From positions 2,870-66,869 of the forward strand of contig JAPPGA010000065.1 of the NCBI GenBank assembly GCA_028821515.1: a stretch of 64,000 nt of DNA. Reading direction: 5' to 3'. The notes beneath the pieces are model-generated. The model was not told the origin of the DNA. It worked only from the letters and a program-made list of their open reading frames with translations, and ran no database searches. Made by a program: the position numbers and the translations under genes. This document shows positions 1 through 7,055 of the stretch, piece after piece. The DNA comes from Gammaproteobacteria bacterium. Lineage in GTDB: Bacteria > Pseudomonadota > Gammaproteobacteria > Pseudomonadales > Azotimanducaceae. The first letter of the stretch is position 1, and each line of letters starts with the position of its first letter.

Positions 1-167
1 CGCCACCGCCGCTCCGACGATCCCGCCACGGGGATAGCGACTCGTTCCGAAATCGCCGCGTGACGCGCAATCGCGCGTAGGGGCCAGCCCGTATCGTAGG
101 CTTGGGACGGATGCCGAACCCGCATCCAATGGGCAGAAATCGCACGCACATCGCGGAGATTGTCCAT
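1..167 (-). CDS. possible 5' part of a gene running off the left edge (hypothetical)
   Basis: Minus-strand ATG at 165-167 opens a frame reading MDNLRDVRAISAHWMRVRHPSQAYDTGWPLRAIARHAAISERV... with no stop before position 1. It is open-ended, so absent from the ORF track. No family recognised. Confidence 0.25.
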   Translation of the reverse strand, partial: MDNLRDVRAISAHWMRVRHPSQAYDTGWPLRAIARHAAISERVAIPVAGSSERRW

Positions 168-238
168 TGTTGACCGGGACCGGCCTCGGGGGATAATGCG
201 GTCAGACAAGGTCCAGGTCGCCAACCTGCGGAGAGCGA

Positions 239-964
239 GTGACCCCCGATCCCACCACGTTCGACCAGCGATTCATTGAGGCGTTCGAGAACGTGGCCGA
301 GATGCGCTCGGACATCCGCCACATGGATGCCGACATCTCGACGCTCAAGACCGACGTGTCGGAACTCAAGACCGACGTGTCCGCGCTCGGCGTCGCGCTG
401 GCGGACTTCAGGGGCGAGTTCAAGAGCGACATGGCCGGGCTCAGGGGCGATGTCAAGAACGACACGGCCGAGCTGAGGGGCGAGTTCAAGAGCGACATGG
501 CCGAGTTCCGGGGCGATGTCAAGAACGACCTGGCCAAGTTCCGGGGTGAATTCAAGAACGACATAGCCGAGCTCAGGGGTGAGTTCAAAAGCGACATGGC
601 CGAGTTCAGGGGCGATGTCAGGAACGACCTGGCCGAGCTGAGGGGCGAGTTCAAGAGCGACATGGCCGAGTTCCGGGGCGATGTCAAGAACGACCTGGCC
701 GAGCTCAGGGGTGAGTTCAAAAGCGACATGGCCGAGCTCAAGACGGAACTGGTCGACCGGATCGCGGAGAGCGAGCGAGGACTGGTGGATCGGATCACGG
801 AGAGCGAGCGGGGACTGGCGGATCGGATCACAGGGAGCGAGCGGGGTCTGGTGGATCGGATCGCTGAGGGCGAGCGGCGCACGGCGGCTCTGCTGTGGCG
901 GATGTTCGGCGGCATGGTGGCGGTCGCCAGCGTGGGTGTGGCCGTGCTCAAGTACCTGCCCTGA
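239..964 (+). CDS. tail-anchored membrane protein made of 11-residue and 10-residue tandem repeats (predicted helical/coiled coil)
   Basis: 241-aa ORF. About ten units of AE[LF]RG[ED][FV]K[SN]D[ML] are followed by four units of LVDRI[AT]ESERG and one C-terminal hydrophobic segment (AALLWRMFGGMVAVASVGVAVL). A paralogue lies at 44963-45424. Confidence 0.75.
   Translation: MTPDPTTFDQRFIEAFENVAEMRSDIRHMDADISTLKTDVSELKTDVSALGVALADFRGEFKSDMAGLRGDVKNDTAELRGEFKSDMAEFRGDVKNDLAKFRGEFKNDIAELRGEFKSDMAEFRGDVRNDLAELRGEFKSDMAEFRGDVKNDLAELRGEFKSDMAELKTELVDRIAESERGLVDRITESERGLADRITGSERGLVDRIAEGERRTAALLWRMFGGMVAVASVGVAVLKYLP
401..739. repeat. 33-bp tandem repeat (organised as near-identical 66-bp super-units) inside the 239-964 CDS
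   Basis: Recurring ggcgagttcaagagcgacatggccgagttc[c/a]ggggcgatgtcaagaacgacctggccgagct[g/c]agg blocks can be read directly in the DNA. They also generate the mirror-image antisense ORF 202-951. Confidence 0.85.
749..877. repeat. 30-bp tandem repeat x4 inside the same CDS
   Basis: ctggt[cg]ga[ct]cggatc..g.gagcgagcg.gg. recurs four times and encodes LVDRIxESERG. Confidence 0.8.
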
Positions 965-996
965 GCGGCGCTCGCATGCGCATCGATGCCTGGCCA

Positions 997-1035
997 GGAG
1001 CCTTCAGCCGGAGCCTTCAGCCGGAGCCTTCAGCC
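997..1035. repeat. 13-bp perfect tandem repeat x3 (ggagccttcagcc)
   Basis: Read directly just downstream of the 239-964 stop codon. Confidence 0.9.
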
Positions 1036-1379
1036 CCGGGAGCGCGAGGGTGTCCCTCGCAAAGAAAAGAAGCGCGAGGGTGGAAAGGACGTTTCCCCGA
1101 CCGCTGACTCGTAAGGAAGTGTCGGCACTTCTACCGTCGCCGGAGGCGTACTTTCACGAAAGTCACTCCGGGCCGTCACCGAAACGAGGAGCCTCACGCG
1201 CTGTATCGTTCGGGAATGCCGCCGCAGGCGTTACGTCGTTATGTGCGGCGAGCACCCTTGATCTCGCGGCCAAACCCATCGAGAACGAGACGACAGGCGT
1301 TGTTGTTGACCACTCTTTCAGCGTTGCGGCAGTATTCGCGAATCCAGATGGATATCGGGACAGATTGAGGACGTGAGCC

Positions 1380-1799
1380 ATGCCGCAGGAGAAGACATCC
1401 ACCTATCGCATTTTCCTTACCGTCAGGGCGAACTATGCGGACACTTCGTATTGGACCACCGATGGGCATCCCAGCCGATCCATTGACATGAAGCCGCTGC
1501 CTTTCGGGAAAGTGATGCCGGCCGTGGCCGACTACGTCTCCCGAACGCTGGCGATGATCGCGGAGGCGGCCAAGACCGAACCTGTGGAGTACATGGTGTC
1601 CGGCTTCCTCAGAGCGCTTTATCCAGACGGCCGACAAGCCTTGCGGCATCTGGACATCAAAGCCGCAGAAGCCGAAGCAATACAGGATATGGCCTGCGCC
1701 TGGACGGACAAGAACCTGAAGGAGCTGGCCGTGATCGGGGCTGGCGTGGCTGAGTGGCAAGATGGACGCCCAGTCGATCTGCCATCGGGATCCGCCTGA
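1380..1799 (+). CDS. hypothetical protein
   Basis: 139-aa ATG-initiated ORF with ordinary amino-acid composition. The overlapping minus-strand ORFs are Arg/Gly/Pro-rich shadows. No family recognised. Confidence 0.45.
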   Translation: MPQEKTSTYRIFLTVRANYADTSYWTTDGHPSRSIDMKPLPFGKVMPAVADYVSRTLAMIAEAAKTEPVEYMVSGFLRALYPDGRQALRHLDIKAAEAEAIQDMACAWTDKNLKELAVIGAGVAEWQDGRPVDLPSGSA

Positions 1800-2014
1800 A
1801 CGGATGCGCGCATCGAAGTCTGGCTCGTGGTGCCTGCGTCCGGGCGCAGGATCGCGCAAGTTCCCGCGCAGGGTCGCCTGGCGCCCCTGTCGAGAGAGTT
1901 GTTGAAGTCCGGTACCCACGACACGCGGTCTGACCAGTCATAGCCGTCTTCGACGCGGACATCTCAAGAAACGTTCTGCCGGACTCTCGCCTCGCGGCCC
2001 TCGCGGCCGAAGTC

Positions 2015-2617
2015 GTGGTTGCCCAGGTGGCTGACCATCGTTCCGCCCTGTTTCCCGCGGAAGCGGCATATGCGGCCTCTGTCGTGCAGACCCGCGCATG
2101 GCAGTTCGCCACCGGCCGCATGGTCGCCCGCGCCGCGCTCGGGCGGATCGGTGTCCCGGCCTGCGAAATCTCGAGGCGCGGCCGCCTTCCGGTCTGGCCG
2201 GCTTCCGCCGTGGGCAGCATCGCCCACACTGGGATGCTCGGGGCGGCCATAGCCGGCCCGGCGACCGGTCACGGCGGCCTCGGCATCGATGTCGAGGCCA
2301 GGACCGCCGTCTCTCCGCAGGTGGCCGAGCGCGTCCTGACCCCCGCCGAACGGGACTGGCTGCCCGCGCCGGAGTGGCGCACCATGGTCTTCTGCGGCAA
2401 GGAAGCCGTCTACAAGGCCGTCTACCCCCTGGCTGGCGAATTCCTCGGCTTCTCCGACGTGGAGCTGGATGTCGACCCGGATGCCGGCGAGTTCCACGCG
2501 CGGTGCCGCCGCAGTTTTCGATCAGCCGGCGCCGTGGCCGCCGGACGCGGATACTGGGCCGTCTACCGCGCCCACTGGCTGGTCGTGTTTCTCATTCCCC
2601 GCGATGCGGGGGCGTAG
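2015..2617 (+). CDS. 4'-phosphopantetheinyl transferase (EntD/Sfp-type)
   Basis: Motifs: FATGRMVARAAL, WPASAVGSIAHT, GIDVE and FCGKEAVYKAVYP. It has a GTG start. The frame stays open upstream to 1934 without an ATG, so the true N-terminus is uncertain or may be truncated. Confidence 0.8.
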   Translation: MVAQVADHRSALFPAEAAYAASVVQTRAWQFATGRMVARAALGRIGVPACEISRRGRLPVWPASAVGSIAHTGMLGAAIAGPATGHGGLGIDVEARTAVSPQVAERVLTPAERDWLPAPEWRTMVFCGKEAVYKAVYPLAGEFLGFSDVELDVDPDAGEFHARCRRSFRSAGAVAAGRGYWAVYRAHWLVVFLIPRDAGA

Positions 2618-2647
2618 GATGCGTCTCTGGAGTCTCCATCCGAAAGC
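2617..2647 (+). other. duplicated copy of the first ~30 nt of the pyrimidine-dimer glycosylase gene (encodes MRLWSLHPK only)
   Basis: ggatgcgtctctggagtctccatccgaaagc here matches ggatgcgtctgtggagcctccatccaaggc at 3566-3595. Homology stops after about 30 nt. Confidence 0.6.
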
Positions 2648-2766
2648 CGCCCGTGACCCTGGAGAAGGGCCGAAACCCCAGGACAGCGATCGCGCCCCGA
2701 ACCAAGTCATGTTGCCTGTCGGTCTGCCTTACAGAAGGAGATCGACGGACGCCGCCCCCGGTCAAT

Positions 2767-3057
2767 TCAGGAAGGCAACCCGCCCGCGAGTTCGCGTTCG
2801 ATTACCTCTCCCTGGGTTGCCTCCACGACAGAGATGTCGAACTGGGTCTGGAGGTTCATCCAGAATTGCGCACCGGTGCCGAGATAGCGCCCGACGCGGA
2901 CGGCCGTATCGGCGGTGATGGCGCGGTCGCCACGCAGTATGGCCGTGATCCGGTTCGCAGGAACCCGGATTGCCAGCGCGAGTTGGTTTGCGCTCATTCC
3001 GCGCGCGGAAAGTTCTGCGCGCAAGGTTTGGCCGGGGTGTGTTCTGATGCGTGTCAT
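2767..3057 (-). CDS. higA: HigA-family antitoxin (Xre-type HTH)
   Basis: 96 aa. MTRIRTHPGQTLRAELSARGMSANQLALAIRVPANRITAILRGDRAITADTAVRVGRYLGTGAQFWMNLQ is the canonical HigA signature. Confidence 0.9.
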   Translation of the reverse strand: MTRIRTHPGQTLRAELSARGMSANQLALAIRVPANRITAILRGDRAITADTAVRVGRYLGTGAQFWMNLQTQFDISVVEATQGEVIERELAGGLPS

Positions 3058-3075
3058 GAAGCGTTCTCCAGAACG

Positions 3076-3160
3076 TTAGCCTCTGTGGTAATCCTCCACA
3101 GCGTCTCCTCCCCTCGTCGAACAGCCGCCGCGAAGCCGTATCGGCGAAAGACCGAATCAC
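3076..3160 (-). pseudogene. higB: higB toxin remnant with an internal deletion joining the N- and C-terminal stubs
   Basis: It starts GTG ATT CGG TCT TTC GCC GAT = MIRSFADTASRRLFDEG (typical HigB N-terminus). About 20 codons later, in another frame, it reads ...VEDYHRG-TAA (typical HigB C-terminus). Only ~85 nt remain where ~280 nt are expected. Confidence 0.7.
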
Positions 3161-3304
3161 GGCTACAGGTTAGGACGCCGAGCGTAGTACGTCAAATGTC
3201 CTATTCCTCGCTTTCCGGGCTCTGGGATTGCCAACTGTGGGAGACCTCGTAGCCGCCGCCAATAGGGCCATCGCTGAAGTCACCGTAAGCCCGTGCCGCC
3301 ACGT

Positions 3305-3470
3305 CATCCGAAAAAGGGACCATCCGAAAAAGGGACAGCCATCCGGAAAGAGCCATCATCCGGAAAAGGGACAGCCATCCGGAAAGAGCCATGAAAGGGG
3401 ACAGCCATCGGGCAAGGGGACAGCCATGAAAGGGGACAGCCATGAAAGGGGACCAGCCATCGAGTGGGCA
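3305..3470. repeat. array of about nine degenerate 14-19-bp direct repeats (CAT[CC]GRAAAGGGGACAGC-like)
   Basis: Read in sequence: catccgaaaaagggac / catccgaaaaagggacagc / catccggaaagagc / catcatccggaaaagggacagc / catccggaaagagc / catgaaaggggacagc / catcgggcaaggggacagc / catgaaaggggacagc / catgaaaggggaccagc. Confidence 0.8.
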
Positions 3471-3567
3471 TTTGCGGCAAGGAAGCCGACAGTCATCGTC
3501 CTTGCCCGGGGTGACGCGAAGTCAGCGAGACTTGCTATACCGGTTGCATGACAGAAGAATCCTGCGG

Positions 3568-4083
3568 ATGCGTCTGTGGAGCCTCCATCCAAGGCATCTG
3601 GACTCTCGCGGGCTGGTCGCGCTCTGGAGGGAGGGCTTGCTCGCCCAGGCGGTGTTGCGGGGCGAGACGAAAGGCTATCGGCACCATCCCCAGCTGGTCC
3701 GGTTCCGTGCGCAGCCCTCGGCGGTATCGTCCATTGGCGCGTATCTCACGGCCGTGCACGTGGAGTCCATCAGCCGCGGATACCGGTTCGACGCCGGCAA
3801 GATCGCGCAAGGTGGATCGGCCGGCCGAATGGACGTGCCCCGGGGCCAGGTGGAATTCGAGTGGAATCACCTGATGCGAAAGCTCGAAGTGCGGGCACCC
3901 GAGTGGTACGAACGGCAACTCGCGGCATCGCCGGTCGTGCACCCGTTGTTCCGGGTCGTGGCGGGTGGAGTGGCGGACTGGGAACGCGTCGGTCAGTCGA
4001 CACGCGGACGAATCACTCGGCCCGGGCCTTGCGCAGGAGCAACTCCAGTTCGGCGATGCGTTCTACCGACTCCGCGTATGTGA
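3568..4083 (+). CDS. pyrimidine dimer DNA glycosylase / endonuclease V family protein
   Basis: MRLWSLHPRHLDSRGLVALWREGLLAQAVLRGETKGYRHHPQLVRF is the family signature. The start is taken at the internal ATG at 3568 of ORF 3442-4083. The 3' end overlaps the convergent Uma2 gene by ~70 nt. Confidence 0.8.
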   Translation: MRLWSLHPRHLDSRGLVALWREGLLAQAVLRGETKGYRHHPQLVRFRAQPSAVSSIGAYLTAVHVESISRGYRFDAGKIAQGGSAGRMDVPRGQVEFEWNHLMRKLEVRAPEWYERQLAASPVVHPLFRVVAGGVADWERVGQSTRGRITRPGPCAGATPVRRCVLPTPRM

Positions 4084-4657
4084 GCAGATCCCGCCCCGTC
4101 GCCGGGTCGTGCAGCCGCAGAGCGTTGTCCCGAACCACGAGGTGAAGCCCGATCCTGGCGCTCGCGAGGCTCGGTTCGCCCTGGGGCAGCCGCACTTCCG
4201 GCAGGCGTTCGTAGCGCCCCTCGCGCAAGGCGAAACCCTGCAGCCTCGGGCGCAGGTAGTCCCCGGTCGGGTCGAACAGGAAGTACTCACCGACGCCGAG
4301 AGACGCGTAGATGCGCTTCTTGCGGCCCTGGTCCTCGCCCCTGGTGCTGCGAGAGGTGATCTCGAGGACGAAGTCCGGACCCTTCGGCTCGTTCCACAGC
4401 AGGTAGGAGTCGCGCACGTGCTTCGGCGTCCCGATGACGACGAAAACGTCCGGCGCCACCACCGCGCGCGGGTTGTTCTCCTCGAAGTAGAGGAACATGT
4501 TCGCGCCCACGTACACGTCGTCGCGCGCCCCGAAGTGCGCGCGGAGCGCCAGTGCCGCGTACGTGAGGGGCAGGAACTGTGCTTCGCTCTCGGTCATCGG
4601 CTTGCCGTCCGAAGAGGGGTAGTCGATGACGCGCGGCGAAAGCCCGGGTTCGCTCAT
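4013..4657 (-). CDS. Uma2-family (DUF820) endonuclease
   Basis: VAPDVFVV...PDFVLEITSRSTRGEDQGRKKRIYASLGVGEYFLFDP matches the PD-(D/E)xK Uma2 pattern. Confidence 0.85.
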   Translation of the reverse strand: MSEPGLSPRVIDYPSSDGKPMTESEAQFLPLTYAALALRAHFGARDDVYVGANMFLYFEENNPRAVVAPDVFVVIGTPKHVRDSYLLWNEPKGPDFVLEITSRSTRGEDQGRKKRIYASLGVGEYFLFDPTGDYLRPRLQGFALREGRYERLPEVRLPQGEPSLASARIGLHLVVRDNALRLHDPATGRDLLTYAESVERIAELELLLRKARAE

Positions 4658-4910
4658 CGGCGGGTTCTCCCAAAGCCGTTGGACCGAAGGGTCGGTCCCG
4701 AGGACCGTAGCACAGCAGTCTCGGCGCCCTCAAGGCGACGGCTCCACCGCGCCTGCACGGTGCTTGGACGAACCGATCCGGGACCGCGTTCGCCAACGGA
4801 ATCACGCGGTCGATTGTCCCGCTGCCCTTGTGCAGGCGGCAATGCGACATCACTGAAATCGGCGTAGGACATTACCGGCGGGCGGTGTCGGGCGGAGCGT
4901 TCTTTCCTAG

Positions 4911-6614
4911 TCAACCCGCGGATTGTTCGTCGCGTAGCCGAACGATTGCCGCTTCCCGAAGCTGGCGCTTGAAGATCTTCTCAGACGCGGTCCTGGGCAG
5001 GCGCCCGTCTTGCAGCCAGATGTGTTCGGGGATCTTGAATTGCGCGAGGTGTTCCCCCGCGTAGCGTTTGAGCGCTTCGGCGCCGAGGCCGGAGCCAGGA
5101 CGCAGCATCACGACCGCCGCGACGGCTTCACCGAGGCGCTCGTCGGGGACGCCGAAGACGGCGCACTCGGCCACCCCGGGATGCTGGTAGAGGACCGCCT
5201 CGACTTCCTGGCAGCCGATGTTCTCGCCGCCCCGCAGGATCATGTCCTTCTTGCGGTCGGTGATGAAGACGAAGCCGTCCTCGTCCATGTGGCCGATGTC
5301 GCCGGTGTGCACCCATCCGTCCACCAGGGTCTGCGCGGTTTCCTCCGGCCTGTTCCAGTAGCACTTGAAATTCATCGCGCCCCAGATGCAGAGTTCGCCG
5401 GTTTCGCCGTGGGGGACCTCGTCGCCGTTTTCGTCGACCACGCTGATCTTGGCCAGCGGCGGCGTGGCGCGGCCGCAGCTCGTCGGGCGTTCGGTCAGGG
5501 CCTCGCCGCCGATGGTCGTAGCGAGGCCCTGGGTTTCCGTCATGCCCCAGCCGGTGCCGGCACCTCCCTGGCTGACCTTTTCGTTGATGCGCTTCGACTG
5601 TTCCGGCGGCATGGGCGCGCCGCCGCCGCCGACAACTTTGAGGCTCGACAGGTCGAACTTTTCGTAGTTTGGTGAATTCACGAGTTCCCAGGCCATGATC
5701 GGGACACCGTTGAAGCTCGTGATGCGTTCTGACTCGATGATGGAGAGGGCTTCCTCGGGATCCCACCTGTACATGCAGACCACCTTGCGGCCCTGGCGGA
5801 ACGACTGCAGGAGCTGGACCACCACGCCGCTGACGTGAAACAGCGGTACGGCCAGGATGACCGCCGGGAGGTCTTTGGATTCCGCCATCCGCCGGGCGAG
5901 CTCCGGCCAGAGGTGCCGGCCGATGGCGCCGCTGGCTTCCCAGCAGAGCAGCGCCTGTACGATCGAGCGGTGGATCGAGAGCACTCCCTTCGGGTGAGCC
6001 GTGGAGCCCGAGGTGTAGAGGATCATGGCGTCGTCGTCGCCGTCGAGTTCCACCTCGGGCATCGTTTCCGAGGCTCCCGCGACGAAGGCTTCCCAAGTGC
6101 GCCAGCCTTCTTCGCGGCACCGGATGGTGACCAGGTCGATGCCGAGCCGCTTCGCGTGGCCGCCGATCCGTTCGAGCCGCTCGACGTCGACGAAGAGTAG
6201 CGACAGGCCGCTGTCCTCGATGCCATAGATCATCTCTTCGGCAGTCCACCAGGCGTTCATCGCCACGGCGATCGCGCCGATGGACGTGATGCCCATGTAG
6301 GCGAATGCCCATTCCGGGTAGTTGCGCAGCGCAATGCCGACGCGGTCCCCGGGCCGGATCCCCTCTGCCCACAACCGGTTGGCGCACTTCGCCGCGAGGT
6401 TCCACGAGTCCTGGAACGTGTAGCGTTCCTGCTCGTAGACGAGGAAGTCCCTGTCGGCGTAGGCGAGGCCTTCGGCGTACAGGTCGCGCAGGTGTTCCGG
6501 GCCGCGGACGAACGTCGTGTAGTCGATCCCGTTGACACGCCGCACCGTGGTCTCGAACGGTTCACCGGGCGCGGTCGCCGCGCGCACTGCCGCGCTGATT
6601 GCCGCCTTATCCAT
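4911..6614 (-). CDS. AMP-forming acyl-CoA synthetase / fatty-acid-CoA ligase
   Basis: Adenylate-forming motifs: ILYTSGSTAHPKGV, GWGMTE and HTGDIGHMDEDGFVFITDRKKDMILRGGENI. Confidence 0.9.
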   Translation of the reverse strand: MDKAAISAAVRAATAPGEPFETTVRRVNGIDYTTFVRGPEHLRDLYAEGLAYADRDFLVYEQERYTFQDSWNLAAKCANRLWAEGIRPGDRVGIALRNYPEWAFAYMGITSIGAIAVAMNAWWTAEEMIYGIEDSGLSLLFVDVERLERIGGHAKRLGIDLVTIRCREEGWRTWEAFVAGASETMPEVELDGDDDAMILYTSGSTAHPKGVLSIHRSIVQALLCWEASGAIGRHLWPELARRMAESKDLPAVILAVPLFHVSGVVVQLLQSFRQGRKVVCMYRWDPEEALSIIESERITSFNGVPIMAWELVNSPNYEKFDLSSLKVVGGGGAPMPPEQSKRINEKVSQGGAGTGWGMTETQGLATTIGGEALTERPTSCGRATPPLAKISVVDENGDEVPHGETGELCIWGAMNFKCYWNRPEETAQTLVDGWVHTGDIGHMDEDGFVFITDRKKDMILRGGENIGCQEVEAVLYQHPGVAECAVFGVPDERLGEAVAAVVMLRPGSGLGAEALKRYAGEHLAQFKIPEHIWLQDGRLPRTASEKIFKRQLREAAIVRLRDEQSAG

Positions 6615-6989
6615 CCAGTGTCATCCGACCGGTTTCCGTGCGTTGGTTGCGGTTGTTTACGCGCCGTTCGATCGGGCGCGGAGCGGCAGATTCTGGCAAA
6701 GAAGTCCGGAGGCTACAATTTCGGGCAGCCCGGTCCGGCGGATGGTCAGGTCCGGCGAGGCGCGGGTGGCTGGATCGAAATCGCCGCAGGCGGGAGCGCA
6801 GCCCACCGGGGCGGTCGCGCTAGATCTCGCCAGCAGGAATGCCTGGAGGCCAAGCGAGCCCGCGGCCCAGAACTATGGGTGTCCAATTCGCCGACCGGCC
6901 CGTCACAGGCAATCGCTGAAGGGGCTGTACGAGATTGGCCTGGTGGGAGTGCATCCGGATTTTGTGTGTGTCCCCGAAAGAGAGGGGTG

Positions 6990-7009
6990 TACTGTATGTC
7001 TGTACATTA
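6990..7009. promoter_or_regulatory. LexA (SOS) box-like site abutting a TATAAT -10 element
   Basis: The site reads tACTGTatgtctgtACATta, against the gammaproteobacterial consensus TACTGT-N8-ACAGTA (one mismatch in the right arm). A perfect tataat lies at 7015-7020. The site is ~50 nt upstream of the FAN1-like start at 7056. Confidence 0.5.
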
Positions 7010-7055
7010 GTCGCTATAATGCGGGCCGTCTTTCTGTGAGATATGTCGCACGCCA

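Noticed and set aside
202-951. 249-aa minus-strand ORF (Ser/Pro/Arg-rich repeats) antisense to the repeat gene
   Set aside because: It is the mirror image of the 33-bp repeats. Its low-complexity SPRS composition and lack of start context make the plus-strand helical protein with a TM anchor the far more plausible reading.
1044-1060. gcgaggg-tgt-ccctcgc hairpin as the terminator of the 239-964 gene
   Set aside because: It is followed by an A-rich rather than T-rich run on the plus strand. On the minus strand the T-run precedes the stem. It does not fit an intrinsic terminator in either direction.
3305-3470. Possible CRISPR array
   Set aside because: The units are only 14-19 bp, degenerate and directly abutting with no spacers. 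No cas genes or leader are present.
3228-3551. 107-aa ORF with GQPSGKSH-type peptide repeats
   Set aside because: The periodicity comes from the 14-19-bp DNA repeat array, whose unit lengths are not multiples of three throughout. I treat it as non-coding, but this is not proven.
3568-4657. The ~70-nt convergent overlap of the glycosylase and Uma2 genes as a sign of a mis-called gene
   Set aside because: Both proteins show family motifs over most of their length. Only the poorly conserved C-terminal tail of the glycosylase lies in the overlap, so I kept both calls and merely note the uncertainty of the glycosylase 3' end.
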